NCBI GenBank assembly: GCA_964016885.1
Contig: OZ024745.1
Location: forward strand, 24,986,001 to 25,050,000
Reading direction: 5' to 3'
Source: Eledone cirrhosa
Lineage: Eukaryota
Length of the DNA stretch: 64,000 nt
Positions 12,429 through 23,301 of the stretch are shown here, piece by piece (positions within the stretch are counted from its first letter, which is position 1; each line of letters starts with the position of its first letter). The position numbers were made by a program, and so were the translations under genes. The notes under the pieces were generated by a model. It saw only the letters and a list, made by a program, of their open reading frames with translations. It ran no database searches and was not told the origin of the DNA.

Positions 12429-13693
12429 ATCATCATCATCATCATCATCATCGTTTAACGTCCATCTTCCACGCTTGCATGGGTTTGGACAGGAGTTTTC
12501 CCACTTGAGGCAAGAGTGGTTGTCTTGCTCGCATAGGACTGTCTGGCGGGTTTTCTACGGCTGGATGCCCTTCCTAACACCAACAACGTTTACGGTGTCG
12601 ACTGGGAGGTTTTTACCGTGTTATCTACACGGCCACATTACAGCGTGGACTGTGTGTGTTTTTTTTTTTTGTCGTGACACCTACACGACCTCATTTGTTT
12701 CGGACTAGATGTTGTGGTACCAACATAACTTTACATTGAAAGGGGTGGGGTGGATGGGGTGGGGGTAGTGGGACGGGGGTGTATTTTTGTTAGAGGTGCC
12801 TACTGACTGTAGTAGGTTTCACTGTGTACTTAGCTAAGGCGGGTCTTCTGTATTACTGTGTAGCGCCAAAGATCTCCGTCCAGTGACATTGTCTTGGAGA
12901 GGTGTAAGTGTATGAGGTCGGAATTTATCAAGTCGTCCCAGGTTTTTCTGGGTCTACCTACTCCGTGGCTACCGTCTATTTTTATTGCCCTGCACTTTTT
13001 TATACAGCTGTCGTCTTTCATGCGCATCACGTGACCATACCAACGTAGTCTTCTCTCGAGTAAACAACATCTGATCCCTCTTATTTCTAATTTTTCCCTT
13101 AGTTCGTTTATACTTTGCCGTTCACGTATATTATTACTATTACACATCTAGCGGAGCATGCAAGCTTCGTTCCTCTCCAGTCTGCGTATATCCTCTGCAC
13201 ACAATGCCCAGGTCTCACTGCCATGTAACATTGCTGTTCGTATGCAGGCATCATACAGCCTGCCTTTCATTTTTAGAGAGAACCCTTTAGCGGCTAATAG
13301 TGGTATAAGCTCTCTGAACTTTTTCCATCCAGTTCTGACTCTAGCTACTCTACTTTCAGAGCACCCTCCACCACTGCTGATTTTGTCACCCAAGTAACGG
13401 AAGGTGTCCACTATTTCTATAGAACCATCTGTGCAATGGAATGAGCTAGTATTCAGTGGGCACTTGCTGCTACTTATTGCACCAGAACACCGGCCACATA
13501 TAAAATCTATATTCTTAGTTAGCTTACCTGTGATCCCACTACATCTTTTATGCACCCATACTTTGCATTTGGGACATAAAATGGAGTTTCTACCTACTCC
13601 TTTCCTACACACTGAGCATGGCCATTTCTCGGATGGGACCGGTGCCCTATTTTCCTTCCTACAAACTAGAACTTTAGTCTTAGACAGGTTAAT
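12429..13693 (-). mobile_element. RTE LINE family B with ~400-bp 3' UTR
   Basis: ORFs 13148-13612 and 12830-13147 (MLHGSETW, RRLRWYGHVMRM, GRPRKTW); UTR ends in (GAT)n. Confidence 0.9.
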
Positions 13694-14318
13694 TTGTATA
13701 TGTTAATATGTATATGTATATATATTTGGGTGTGTGTGCATATTAACATATACAGTATTAATGGTTATCAAACACAGTGCATCTTAAATTTTGCAAAGGT
13801 AGAAAGTATTTTTAAAAAAGAGAATAAATGACAAGGGCAGATAATTTGCCATTTGTGAATTATCTCCCTTATACCACAAATCTAGTACAGTAAAGATTTA
13901 TTCGTATAAAGTCATCTGATGTTTACGCTGGAAAAATATATTTAAATAGAAGAAAAAGGAAAATAAAGGAGAAAGAAGAAGAAAAAGAAACGACTTGGGA
14001 TGGGGTGGGGTTACCACAGATAAAAGAGGTACTCAATACATTACTAGAGTGTAAGCATCATCATCATCAGTCCCTTGACTTCTGTAGTGGTAGGGGGGGG
14101 GGATTCTACTACAGAAGCAGCACACACTCAAAATAGACAATGGCGGCTGTCAACAAATATGGAATAGTTATTTGCACCAATTCTTTAAGGCTTCTTGTTC
14201 ATGAACAGGAAATATCATTATTTAATATAGAAATGGCTTCAACAGGACTAGAATTGTTTCATTCATATGAAATCATCTGGAATGAAACAGTTCTAGTCCT
14301 GTTGAAGCCATATCTATA

Positions 14319-14547
14319 TTAACCCTTTAGCATTTACATTACTTTATATTTATTATTGTATTTTCACGGTAAAAGCTTTACCTCACATAATTATCTCACA
14401 TAATATCAAAGCTATGAGATAATAATATTATTTATTTTGAAAACAATACCTTAACATCAGTATGAGTGGCCAGTTATGGTTGGTTTGAACTGAAAGAGGT
14501 GAGATAATTCTGGCCAGATATGGCCAGTTTAAATGCTAAAGGGTTAA
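14319..14547. mobile_element. piggyBac-type MITE
   Basis: TTAA-CCCTTTAGCATTTA ... TAAATGCTAAAGGG-TTAA; related ends at ~41225-41244, ~31545 and ~63793. Confidence 0.8.
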
Positions 14548-14612
14548 ATAATGATGCTTACACTCTACTAATATATTGAGTTCCTTTTTTAACTGTGGTT
14601 AACCCCCTCTAC

Positions 14613-15585
14613 CGATATTACTTGGCAACTGACTTGGTAAACACCCACCAAATTATTAACTCTCTTGCCACCGACAACCCTGAGCACCTTTTTGATTTCC
14701 ATGTGTCTAACACACATGGACATGCCAACAAAGTCAGAAAACAGTACAGCTCCCATGACTTTCAGAAACATTTCTTCACGCTCAGAGCTGCTGAAACATG
14801 GAACAAACTCCCTGAATCAGCTGTTAGCTGTCGAGACACTACATCCTTTAAAACCTCCATGCTTCGTGAGATTCACCAACACTACACCTGATCCCCCCCC
14901 CCCCATACACACGCACACATGTATATCATCCTTCAGTAGCTGCTCTCCAGCTATCTAGTTAAAGCTGTATATAGCTATGGTGTGGCCACACTTAGAATTT
15001 GCATCACCAGTCTGGTACCCCTATCTTGCTCAGAACATTGACCTCCTGGAAACTGTTCAGAGATGTGCAACCAAGTGAATACCCTCCATCAGGCATCTAC
15101 CATACTCTAAATGCCTCGCTTCCCTGAGCATGGATACATTGAAGCTCTGATGTCTGGCAACTGACTTGGTAAACACCCACCAAATTATCAACTATCTTGC
15201 CAACAACAACCCTGAACACCTTTTTGAGTTCCATGTGTCTAACACACGTGGACATGCCTCCAAAGTCAGAAAACAGTACAGCTCCCATGATTTTCAGAAA
15301 CATGTTTTCATGCTCAGAGTTGCTAAAGCATGGAACAAACTACCTGCATCAGTTGTTAGCTGTCGGGACACTGAATCCTTTGAAACCTCCATTCTTTCTG
15401 AAATTCACCAACATTACACCTGATATTCCCTCTCCATATACATGCACACATGCATCTGTGTGTATATCATGACTCATACCCTGTTCATTTTCCTGACATT
15501 TATACATTATTTTAAGTATATATGCACCTTTGCTAAGTTGTAGTGCACCTGAACACTGTACACAATAATTTTCCTTATTTTAATT
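14613..15585 (+). mobile_element. Two tandem decayed CR1 LINE 3' fragments
   Basis: NTHGHANKVRKQ...FFTLRAAETWNKLP twice; VWPHLEFASPVW...ETVQR; CR1 3' UTR. Confidence 0.88.
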
Positions 15586-15896
15586 TTATTTTTTTAAAGA
15601 GAAGACTATGTGGTGACTCTCCCCCAGTAGACAGAATGGTGAAGACATTGGAAGTAAAAATATTTTGGTACATGGAAAATAGATACAACATACGTAACTC
15701 AAGTTCATAGTCTGACCAAGATACTCTCATGGGATGAGCAAATGAGGTTTATTTTTCAACATAGTCCCTGGAATGAAACAATGTGGTTATTAAGAAGACT
15801 TGAAATTAATGTAAGATTTCACAGCTCTATCATCAATCCTTCACAGTCAGCTTACAAAGTTTTCAGCCAAACCTTGTGTATTTACAAAATTTCAAA

Positions 15897-16327
15897 CCCT
15901 ATCTAGGACTACATTATCTAATGTACAGTACAGTAGGTAGTATTAGTGGCTATCAGACATAGTGTATCTAGGACTACATTATCTATTGTACAGTATTGCT
16001 GATAGTATTAGTGGCTATCAAACATAGTGTATCTAGCACTACGTTATCTAATGTACAGTATAGTAGCTAGTATTAGTGGCTATCAGACATAGTATATCTA
16101 GGACTACATTATCTAATGTACAGTATTGTTGATAGTATTAGTGGCTATCAGACATAGTATATCCAGGACTACATTATCTAATGTACAATACAGTGATTAG
16201 TATTAGTGGCTATCAGATATAATGTATCCGCAACTACATTATCTAATGTACAGCACAGTAGTTAGTATTAGTGGCTATCAGATATAGTATACTTAAGACT
16301 ACATTATGTAATGTACAGTATAGTAGT
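15897..16327. repeat. 65-bp minisatellite, ~6.5 copies
   Basis: atctaggactacattatctaatgtacagt...attagtggctatcagacatag at 15901, 15966, 16031 and onward. Confidence 0.9.
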
Positions 16328-16379
16328 TATGGAATGGAATTGCGAATTCTCTGATTGTGAAGATGAGAGGGAAGAATTA

Positions 16380-17222
16380 TTGTCCTGTTCTGTGTGGTGG
16401 CATACCCTGAGGTGGCTGTACAGGCCAATCGTGGACCTGCAGGTTCTGGTACATTTGGGGTGAGTGTGTATTTTGGTCAGTTGGTGATTGGGTTGTGGAC
16501 AGCTTTCTTCTTTGAAGTTTGTCTTCAGCTGACACCTTCTTGCCCTCTTCAAAGCTGGCTGCAGCTGTTTTTATGGTCACTCTCCATTTCTCTCTATCCT
16601 CTGCCATGCATTCCCATTCCCTGTGATCAATATTGTCTTGGACCAGATGGTGGTGGAGTTGGTCCTTGAAGCATTTTTAGGGGGCCCCTTGGTTTCACTT
16701 GCCTTGACATAGTTTGCCATAGAAAACTGCCTTTGGCATCCTAAAGTCATTCCTATACAAGACATGACCTACCCAGCAAAGCTGTCTCAGCATCAGCATG
16801 CTCTCAATGCTTGTGATATCTGCCCTCTTAAGGACTTTGTTGTTTGTTATATTGTCCTGCTAATGGATGCCCACAATGAATCTTTCCAGTAGCTTGATCT
16901 GCTTCCAGTACAAGACCCAACTTTCAGCTCCGTAGAGGAGGGTAGTTAATACAACAGCTCTGTAGACTCTGATCTTTGTGGTGAGGCGCAGAAAGTGGTT
17001 CTGCCACACATTTCTGCAAGCGTCTGAATGAGCTGCTGGTCTTGGCAATGCCGTTGTCAATGTCTTTTGCTGAACTAGTATCGTTTGTAATGACTCTTCC
17101 CAAGTATGTGAAGTGCTCCACTACACTGAGGAGGTGCCCATCGATGTTAATCTATGGAGGGAGGTACTCTTCATTTGCTGGCTTCTGGGACATGACTTCA
17201 GCTTTCTTGTGGCTGTTGGTCA
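16380..17222 (-). mobile_element. Decayed RTE-BovB-like LINE fragment
   Basis: HFTYLG...DIDNGIAK, TKIRVYRAVVLTTLLYGAESW, C-terminal zinc-finger-like PKCTRTCRSTIGLYSHLR. Confidence 0.85.
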
Positions 17223-18548
17223 GGTAAAACTAGATGAGATGCAGTTTGGTTTTGTGCCTGGGAAAAGTACAACGGATGCCCACTTTTTGGTGAGACAATT
17301 ACAAGTGAGGTTCTTAGATAAGAATAAGCCATTATACTTAGCCTTTGTTGACCTAGAGAAGGCCTTTGATAGGGTACCCCGATCTGTCATCTGGTGATCC
17401 CTAAGGAAACTAGGTGTTGAGGAATGGCTTGTGAAAACAGTTCAAACTTTGTACAGAGGTGCTGTCAGTAAAGTGAGGGTAGGAATGGAGTTTAGTGAGG
17501 AATTCCAGATACAAGTAGGAGTACATCAAGGTTCGGTCTTCAGCCCGCTCTTGTTCATTCTAGTCCTCCAAACCATAACAGAGGAGTTTAAGACTGGTTG
17601 TCCATGGGAACTTCTCTATGCTGACGATCTGGTTCATATAGCAGAATCAGGAGAGGACCTAGAGAATAAATTCTGGCTATGGAAACAGCAGTTGGAAGCA
17701 AGATGACTGAGAGTGAACTTAGCTAAGACAAAAGTGTTGATGAGTAGAAAAGAGGACAAAACTCTGATTCCATCAGGGAAATGGCCATGTTCGATATGCA
17801 GAAAAGGAACTGGCATAAATTCTATAAAATGCACACAATGCAGATCCTGGGTACACAAGAGATGTAGTGGGATAGCAGGCAAACTAACAAGTAGGGAGAA
17901 ATATGTATGCAGTAGATGTACAGGGAAATTAGACAGTAGAAGTCGCATTGATAGGTACATTTTTCAAATGCAGGCGAGTGCTATAGAAGTGGTTGATAGC
18001 TTCCGGTACCTAGGAGATCAGATTAGCACGGGAGGGTGAGGGGTGTTCCGAGACCATAGTATCTAGAATAAGGACGGGTTGGAAGAAGTTTAGGGAGCTG
18101 CTTCCTCTGCTGATGAAGAAGGGTTTCTCCCTGCGTACGAAAGGCCGGTTATATGATGCATGTGTGAGGAGCGCGTTGCTGCCTGGTAGTGAGACTTGGG
18201 CAGCAACTGCAGAGGATATGTGACGGCTGGATAGAAATGAGGCAAGCATGCTACGTTGGATGTGCAATGTCGATGTGCATGAAAACAACCCAGCATGGGT
18301 GTTGAGAGAGAAACTGTGTCTGAGAGGGATAGAATGTAGTGTGCGAGAGAGGAGACTGCGGTGGTATGGACATGTGACCACGAAAAACATGGGCGGAGGT
18401 GGTGAGAACTGACATCAGATCACTGAAGCTCACGGTGGAGATGACGAAGGACCGTGACAAGTGGAGAGATGCTGTGCTGAATAAGACCCGTCCCACCATT
18501 GCAAGCAGGGAAAAGCGGACGTAAAATGATAATGATGATGATGATGAT
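17223..18548 (+). mobile_element. RTE LINE family A, pseudogenised
   Basis: QFGFVPGKSTTDA, FVDLEKAFDRVP, GVHQGS, LYADD, PHD cluster; in-frame stops at 17395, 17704 and 18037; internal deletion near 18378; (GAT)n tail. Confidence 0.93.
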
Positions 18549-18579
18549 GAGATATATATATATATATATATATGCATAC

Positions 18580-18905
18580 TGGCTTTGAGGTCAGGGTGTT
18601 CGACTCATGGCCGTTAGGCTATAAGTCCGATTCTTTGAGCAGGTGGCATGTTGTGTCTTTGAGCAAGTCACTTTATTTCACATTGATCCAATTCATTCCA
18701 CTCAGCTGAAAAAATATTAGTTGTACCTGTAATTCAAAAGGGCCAACCTTGTCATGCTGAATCTCCCTGAGAACTACGATGATGGTGCATCTATGGAATG
18801 CTCAGTCTCTTACATGTTAATTTCATGACATGAGTAGGCAATTCCCTTGTTCCAACAATTCGATCCCTCGTCGTTAGAGACGATGGCTGTCCAAGCATTG
18901 TTGAG
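18580..18905 (+). mobile_element. tRNA-derived CORE-like SINE
   Basis: Decayed tRNA-like head followed by gtgtctttgagcaagtcactttatttcac, resembling the CORE-SINE motif. Confidence 0.7.
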
Positions 18906-18910
18906 AAGTA

Positions 18911-20155
18911 TCTCGGTCGTCTGGTGTAACACCACCACCTGACCATCTCGGTCATCCAGTGTAACACCACCACCTGACTTTCTCGGTCGTCTGGTGTAAC
19001 ACCACCACCTGACCATCTCGGTCATCCAGTGTAACACCACCACCTGACTTTCTCGGTCGTCTGGTGTAACACCACCACCTGACCATCTCGGTCATCCAGT
19101 GTAACACCACCACCTGACTTTCTCGGTCGTCTGGTGTAACACCACCACCTGACCATCTCGGTCATCCAGTGTAACACCACCACCTGACTTTCTCGGTCGT
19201 CTGGTGTAACACCACCACCTGACCATCTCGGTCATCCAGTGTAACACCACCACCTGACTTTCTCGGTCATCCGGTGTAACACCACCACCTGACCATCTCG
19301 GTCATCCGGTGTAACACCACCACCTGACTTTCTCGGTCGTCTGGTGTAACACCACCACCTGACCATCTCGGTCATCCAGTGTAACACCACCACCTGACCA
19401 TCTCGGTCATCCGGTGTAACACCACCACCTGACCATCTCGGTCATCCAGTGTAACACCACCACCTGACTTTCTCGGTCGTCTGGTGTAACACCACCACCT
19501 GACCATCTCGGTCATCCAGTGTAACACCACCACCTGACTTTCTCGGTCGTCTGGTGTAACACCACCACCTGACCATCTCGGTCATCCAGTGTAACACCAC
19601 CACCTGACTTTCTCGGTCGTCTGGTGTAACACCACCACCTGACCATCTCGGTCATCCAGTGTAACACCACCACCTGACTTTCTCGGTCGTCTGGTGTAAC
19701 ACCACCACCTGACCATCTCGGTCATCCAGTGTAACACCACCACCTGACTTTCTCGGTCGTCTGGTGTAACACCACCACCTGACCATCTCGGTCATCCAGT
19801 GTAACACCACCACCTGACTTTCTCGGTCGTCTGGTGTAACACCACCACCTGACCATCTCGGTCATCCGGTGTAACACCACCACCTGACCATCTCGGTCGT
19901 CCGGTGTAACACCACCACCTGACCATCTCGGTCATCCGGTGTAACACCACCACCTGACTTTCTCGGTCGTCTGGTGTAACACCACCACCTGACCATCTCG
20001 GTCATCCAGTGTAACACCACCACCTGACCATCTCGGTCATCCAGTGTAACACCACCACCTGACCATCTCGGTCGTCCGGTGTAACACCACCACCTGACCA
20101 TCTCGGTCATCCGGTGTAACACCACCACCTGACTTTCTCGGTCGTCTGGTGTAAC
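18911..20155. repeat. 35-bp minisatellite with 70-bp higher-order dimer, ~35 units
   Basis: Alternating tctcggtcgtctggtgtaacaccaccacctgacca / tctcggtcatccagtgtaacaccaccacctgactt. Confidence 0.97.
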
Positions 20156-20855
20156 AGGTGTGGTACAAGCAGGTGTGAAAAGTCACAGCAGAAACAGTAA
20201 AGGCTTCTGAAGTTAAGATATGGAAGGACTTTAGGGTTAAGCTATAATTTGACTTTAGATCAGCAACTAAAATGTTCTGGCAGATCATCTAATGACTTCA
20301 TAATAAGAAGTCCGCCTTCGCGCCTGCTATCAGGAACTCATCTGGAGTTCTTCTCCCTTCAGAGAGGTGCATCCTCGTGACATTGCTTACACCGATGTTC
20401 TATTGTTTAGAAAGGTGAACTATTGCCTACAAAGGTAAACCATTACTTAGGAAGGTGTATCATAACACTGTATGCTGTAAGGCTTATTTAAAAGTGTTGG
20501 TACCAGGAAGGACATCTAACTGTAAAACACCCCGTCTAAACATGGTAAATTAGATACACAATCTCACAGAGACACACCACTTCTTTCAAAACTCCATGAG
20601 AAATGAGGGCCTGTCATTTTACTCTGCCACACATGTGCACTACTCACTACAAAACACCTCACCTCACCTCACCTCACCATACCATACCATACCATCGACT
20701 TAAGGATGACTACCTCGTATAACAGACTACAATCCCCTGCTCTACTAACTGAGCTATCGGTTGTCTTGCTGCTTACCACCATATTTAACATATATGAATT
20801 AGGAAAGCATGAATGAAATTGGATTACATTAGTTCAGTTCAACCTTGATTAAGAA

Positions 20856-21346
20856 TCATCATCATCATCGTTTAACGTCCATCTTCCATGCTAGCATGGG
20901 TTTAGACTGGAATTGTCCCACTTGAGGCAAGATTGGTCGTCTTGCTCGTATAGGACTGTCTGGCAGGTTTTCTATGGCTGGATGCCCTTCCTAACACCAA
21001 CCACATTTACAGTGTGGACTGGGAGGTTTTTACCGTGTTACCTACACGGCCACATTACAGCGTGGACTGTGTTTTTTTTTGTCATGACACCTACACGACC
21101 TCATTTATTTAGGACTGGATGTTGTGGTACTAACATAACTTTACAGAGATAGGGGTGGTGTTGATGAGGGTGTATATTTGATTAAGGGGTGCCTACTGAC
21201 TGTAGGTTTCACTTTGTGCTTAGGCAAGGCAGGTTTTCTGTATTACCAAAGATCTCGGTTCAGTGACATTGTCTTAGAGAGCTGTAAGTGTGTAAGGTCG
21301 GAATTTATCAAATCGTCCCAGGTTTTTCTGGGTCTACCTACTCCGT
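20856..21346 (-). mobile_element. RTE family B 3' end
   Basis: Matches 12429-12965; further copies at 37152-37553, 56740-57222 and 57607-58351. Confidence 0.88.
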
Positions 21347-22431
21347 AATATATTTGTTAATTGATACTGCAGCCATCATGCTTAACATGTATATCTTTTT
21401 TACACAGAGATTATAGAAATTTATTATTTAATATGGTTTTCTCTTTTAAAAGTATAGGTAGTAATAATAGGGTGATTTATAAGATATTTCTAGGAGAGTA
21501 TTCGTCATTGACTTATGAAATCATAGTATGATAAACTTTGACATAGTATGATAAAGCATTGGAGAAAGAATCTGTATGTATTACTATACTCAAAATATAA
21601 AACTAAAATAATTATACAAAAGAATGAACTCTAAAGATAATGAACACAACCAGGATATGGTCCCAACTTGGAAGTGCCGAACTCCCACTGTTATCGCCTC
21701 CATCTCTCTCGCCCTCCCCATCATTTTTTAAGTGAGGAAAGACTGTGCACTGAACCAATCCCACTCTCTGAGCGACAGTAGCTATAACCTGAAAAGAAGA
21801 AAAGGGGACAATACAAAGATATATGGCGGGAATTTTACATAGTCGTGTAAAAAAAAGTTTTAACATGAAAATATAACAATCGAAATCCCCAATAGGTGGG
21901 AGGCATTACAAATGGGTTGTTTTATACCCTGCAGATAGAACCCTCAACTCCAGGAGCATGTTGTGCAAGTGCTCCTTTCTTCCTTTCGCTCTCTTCTTCA
22001 ACCTACAGGTTTATATACAAAGAAGGCACAATCACTCGGGCCATTTTTGCTACATTCACCCACCTTTTAGTAAATTTATTGGGGTGCAGTACCGCTCTCT
22101 CCACACTGATTCTCCTTCTAAAGTGGTACCTAAAGAAGGGAATAAGTGTGCCCCCCCCCCCATTTTGAATTCATATTCTAAAGACAACCATGAGGGCCTT
22201 TTTTAAAACTATTATACATACATATATATATATATAAACAGTGACATATATAGGTACTTAAGTTTCGTTGGGTTATACACTATATATATATATATATATA
22301 GGCAAAGAGATATTTAATTTGTTGGTAATTCAACAAATATATTTATAACAGATTCGAAGCACTCGATAAATTTTCTGGAGTATAATATCAATGATATTAA
22401 TAAATGGAAACTATATTTTTAAAACCATATT

Positions 22432-22492
22432 TATTTTATTATATATATTTCAAGGGTACCAACATTTTGGTACGCCCTCATCAGATAAAATA
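22432..22492 (-). ncRNA. Type I hammerhead ribozyme with complete core
   Basis: Minus strand: tattttat-CTGATGA-gggcgtaccaa-aatg-ttggtaccctt-GAAA-tatat-ATA-ataaaata; 8-bp stem I, long stem II. Confidence 0.8.
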
Positions 22493-22799
22493 CAAAATTT
22501 GTTTTATAAATAGTGACATACCCAGGAATCAGACCTTAATGGATAGCCCAACGGAACCTGAACCGTTAAGGTCTGATTCCTGGGTATTTATAAAACGAAT
22601 TTTGTATTTTTTTTTTTTTTTAATCGAATCAAGCAAAGCGAATGGTGAAGTCGTCACCGACAGGATTTGAAATGAAAACGTAAATATACGGAACTAAGCA
22701 TTTAGTTCAACGCTCCGCTGTTTCTGTCGAAATTAGTAAAATTTCGAATAACGAGCTATCTTCTAAAATTAAGTTATAGTCGAGGTGTTGTATGTCTCC

Positions 22800-23301
22800 T
22801 TTTATCAATATTGTTGACTAAGAAATGTAAACAAACAGACTGCTGTGTCTCGGCTCATTTCACACACAAATATATAAAAGTCGGAAACCAAGCAATTCAT
22901 TCGTATAATGAAAAATATATATATCAGAAAGAGAGGACGTGGCTTTGTTTACAACAGAAAAGAATAAATAATTAACGGGAAAACAATTTTGTGTACAACT
23001 TATTTTGTTTATAAATTTATATTACAGTAGTATTTTTGTTTTTATATTCATAATACGAAAAGTTAAAGATAGGTTAGCTCTACTATACTGCAGTATAACT
23101 GTATTATCCGTGAGAATTATCATTTCACATAAAGTAGTGACGTAACCATATCATGTGTTGATTTCACCGGCTATGTTTTTTTTTTTATCTTCCTTGCAGG
23201 CGAAGATAATTTTTAAACCAATCACAAATTGATGTTTATTATTGCCGGCTCTGCCTAACATGGCTGCCTCCACTGGATAACGACGGCAAGCCCTAGATCA
23301 G
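22800..23301 (+). promoter_or_regulatory. Candidate STK19 promoter and non-coding 5' exon
   Basis: Non-repetitive island with TGACGTAA (CRE-like, ~23138), CCAAT (23218), YY1-like AACATGGCTGCC (~23257), strong acceptor ending 23199 and donor cag|gtgaag after 23301; coding exon 1 has a splice acceptor, so an upstream exon is expected. Confidence 0.45.

Noticed and set aside
18911-20155. CRISPR-like array of ~35-bp repeats
   Set aside because: No unique spacers, no cas genes, eukaryotic context; it is a tandem minisatellite.
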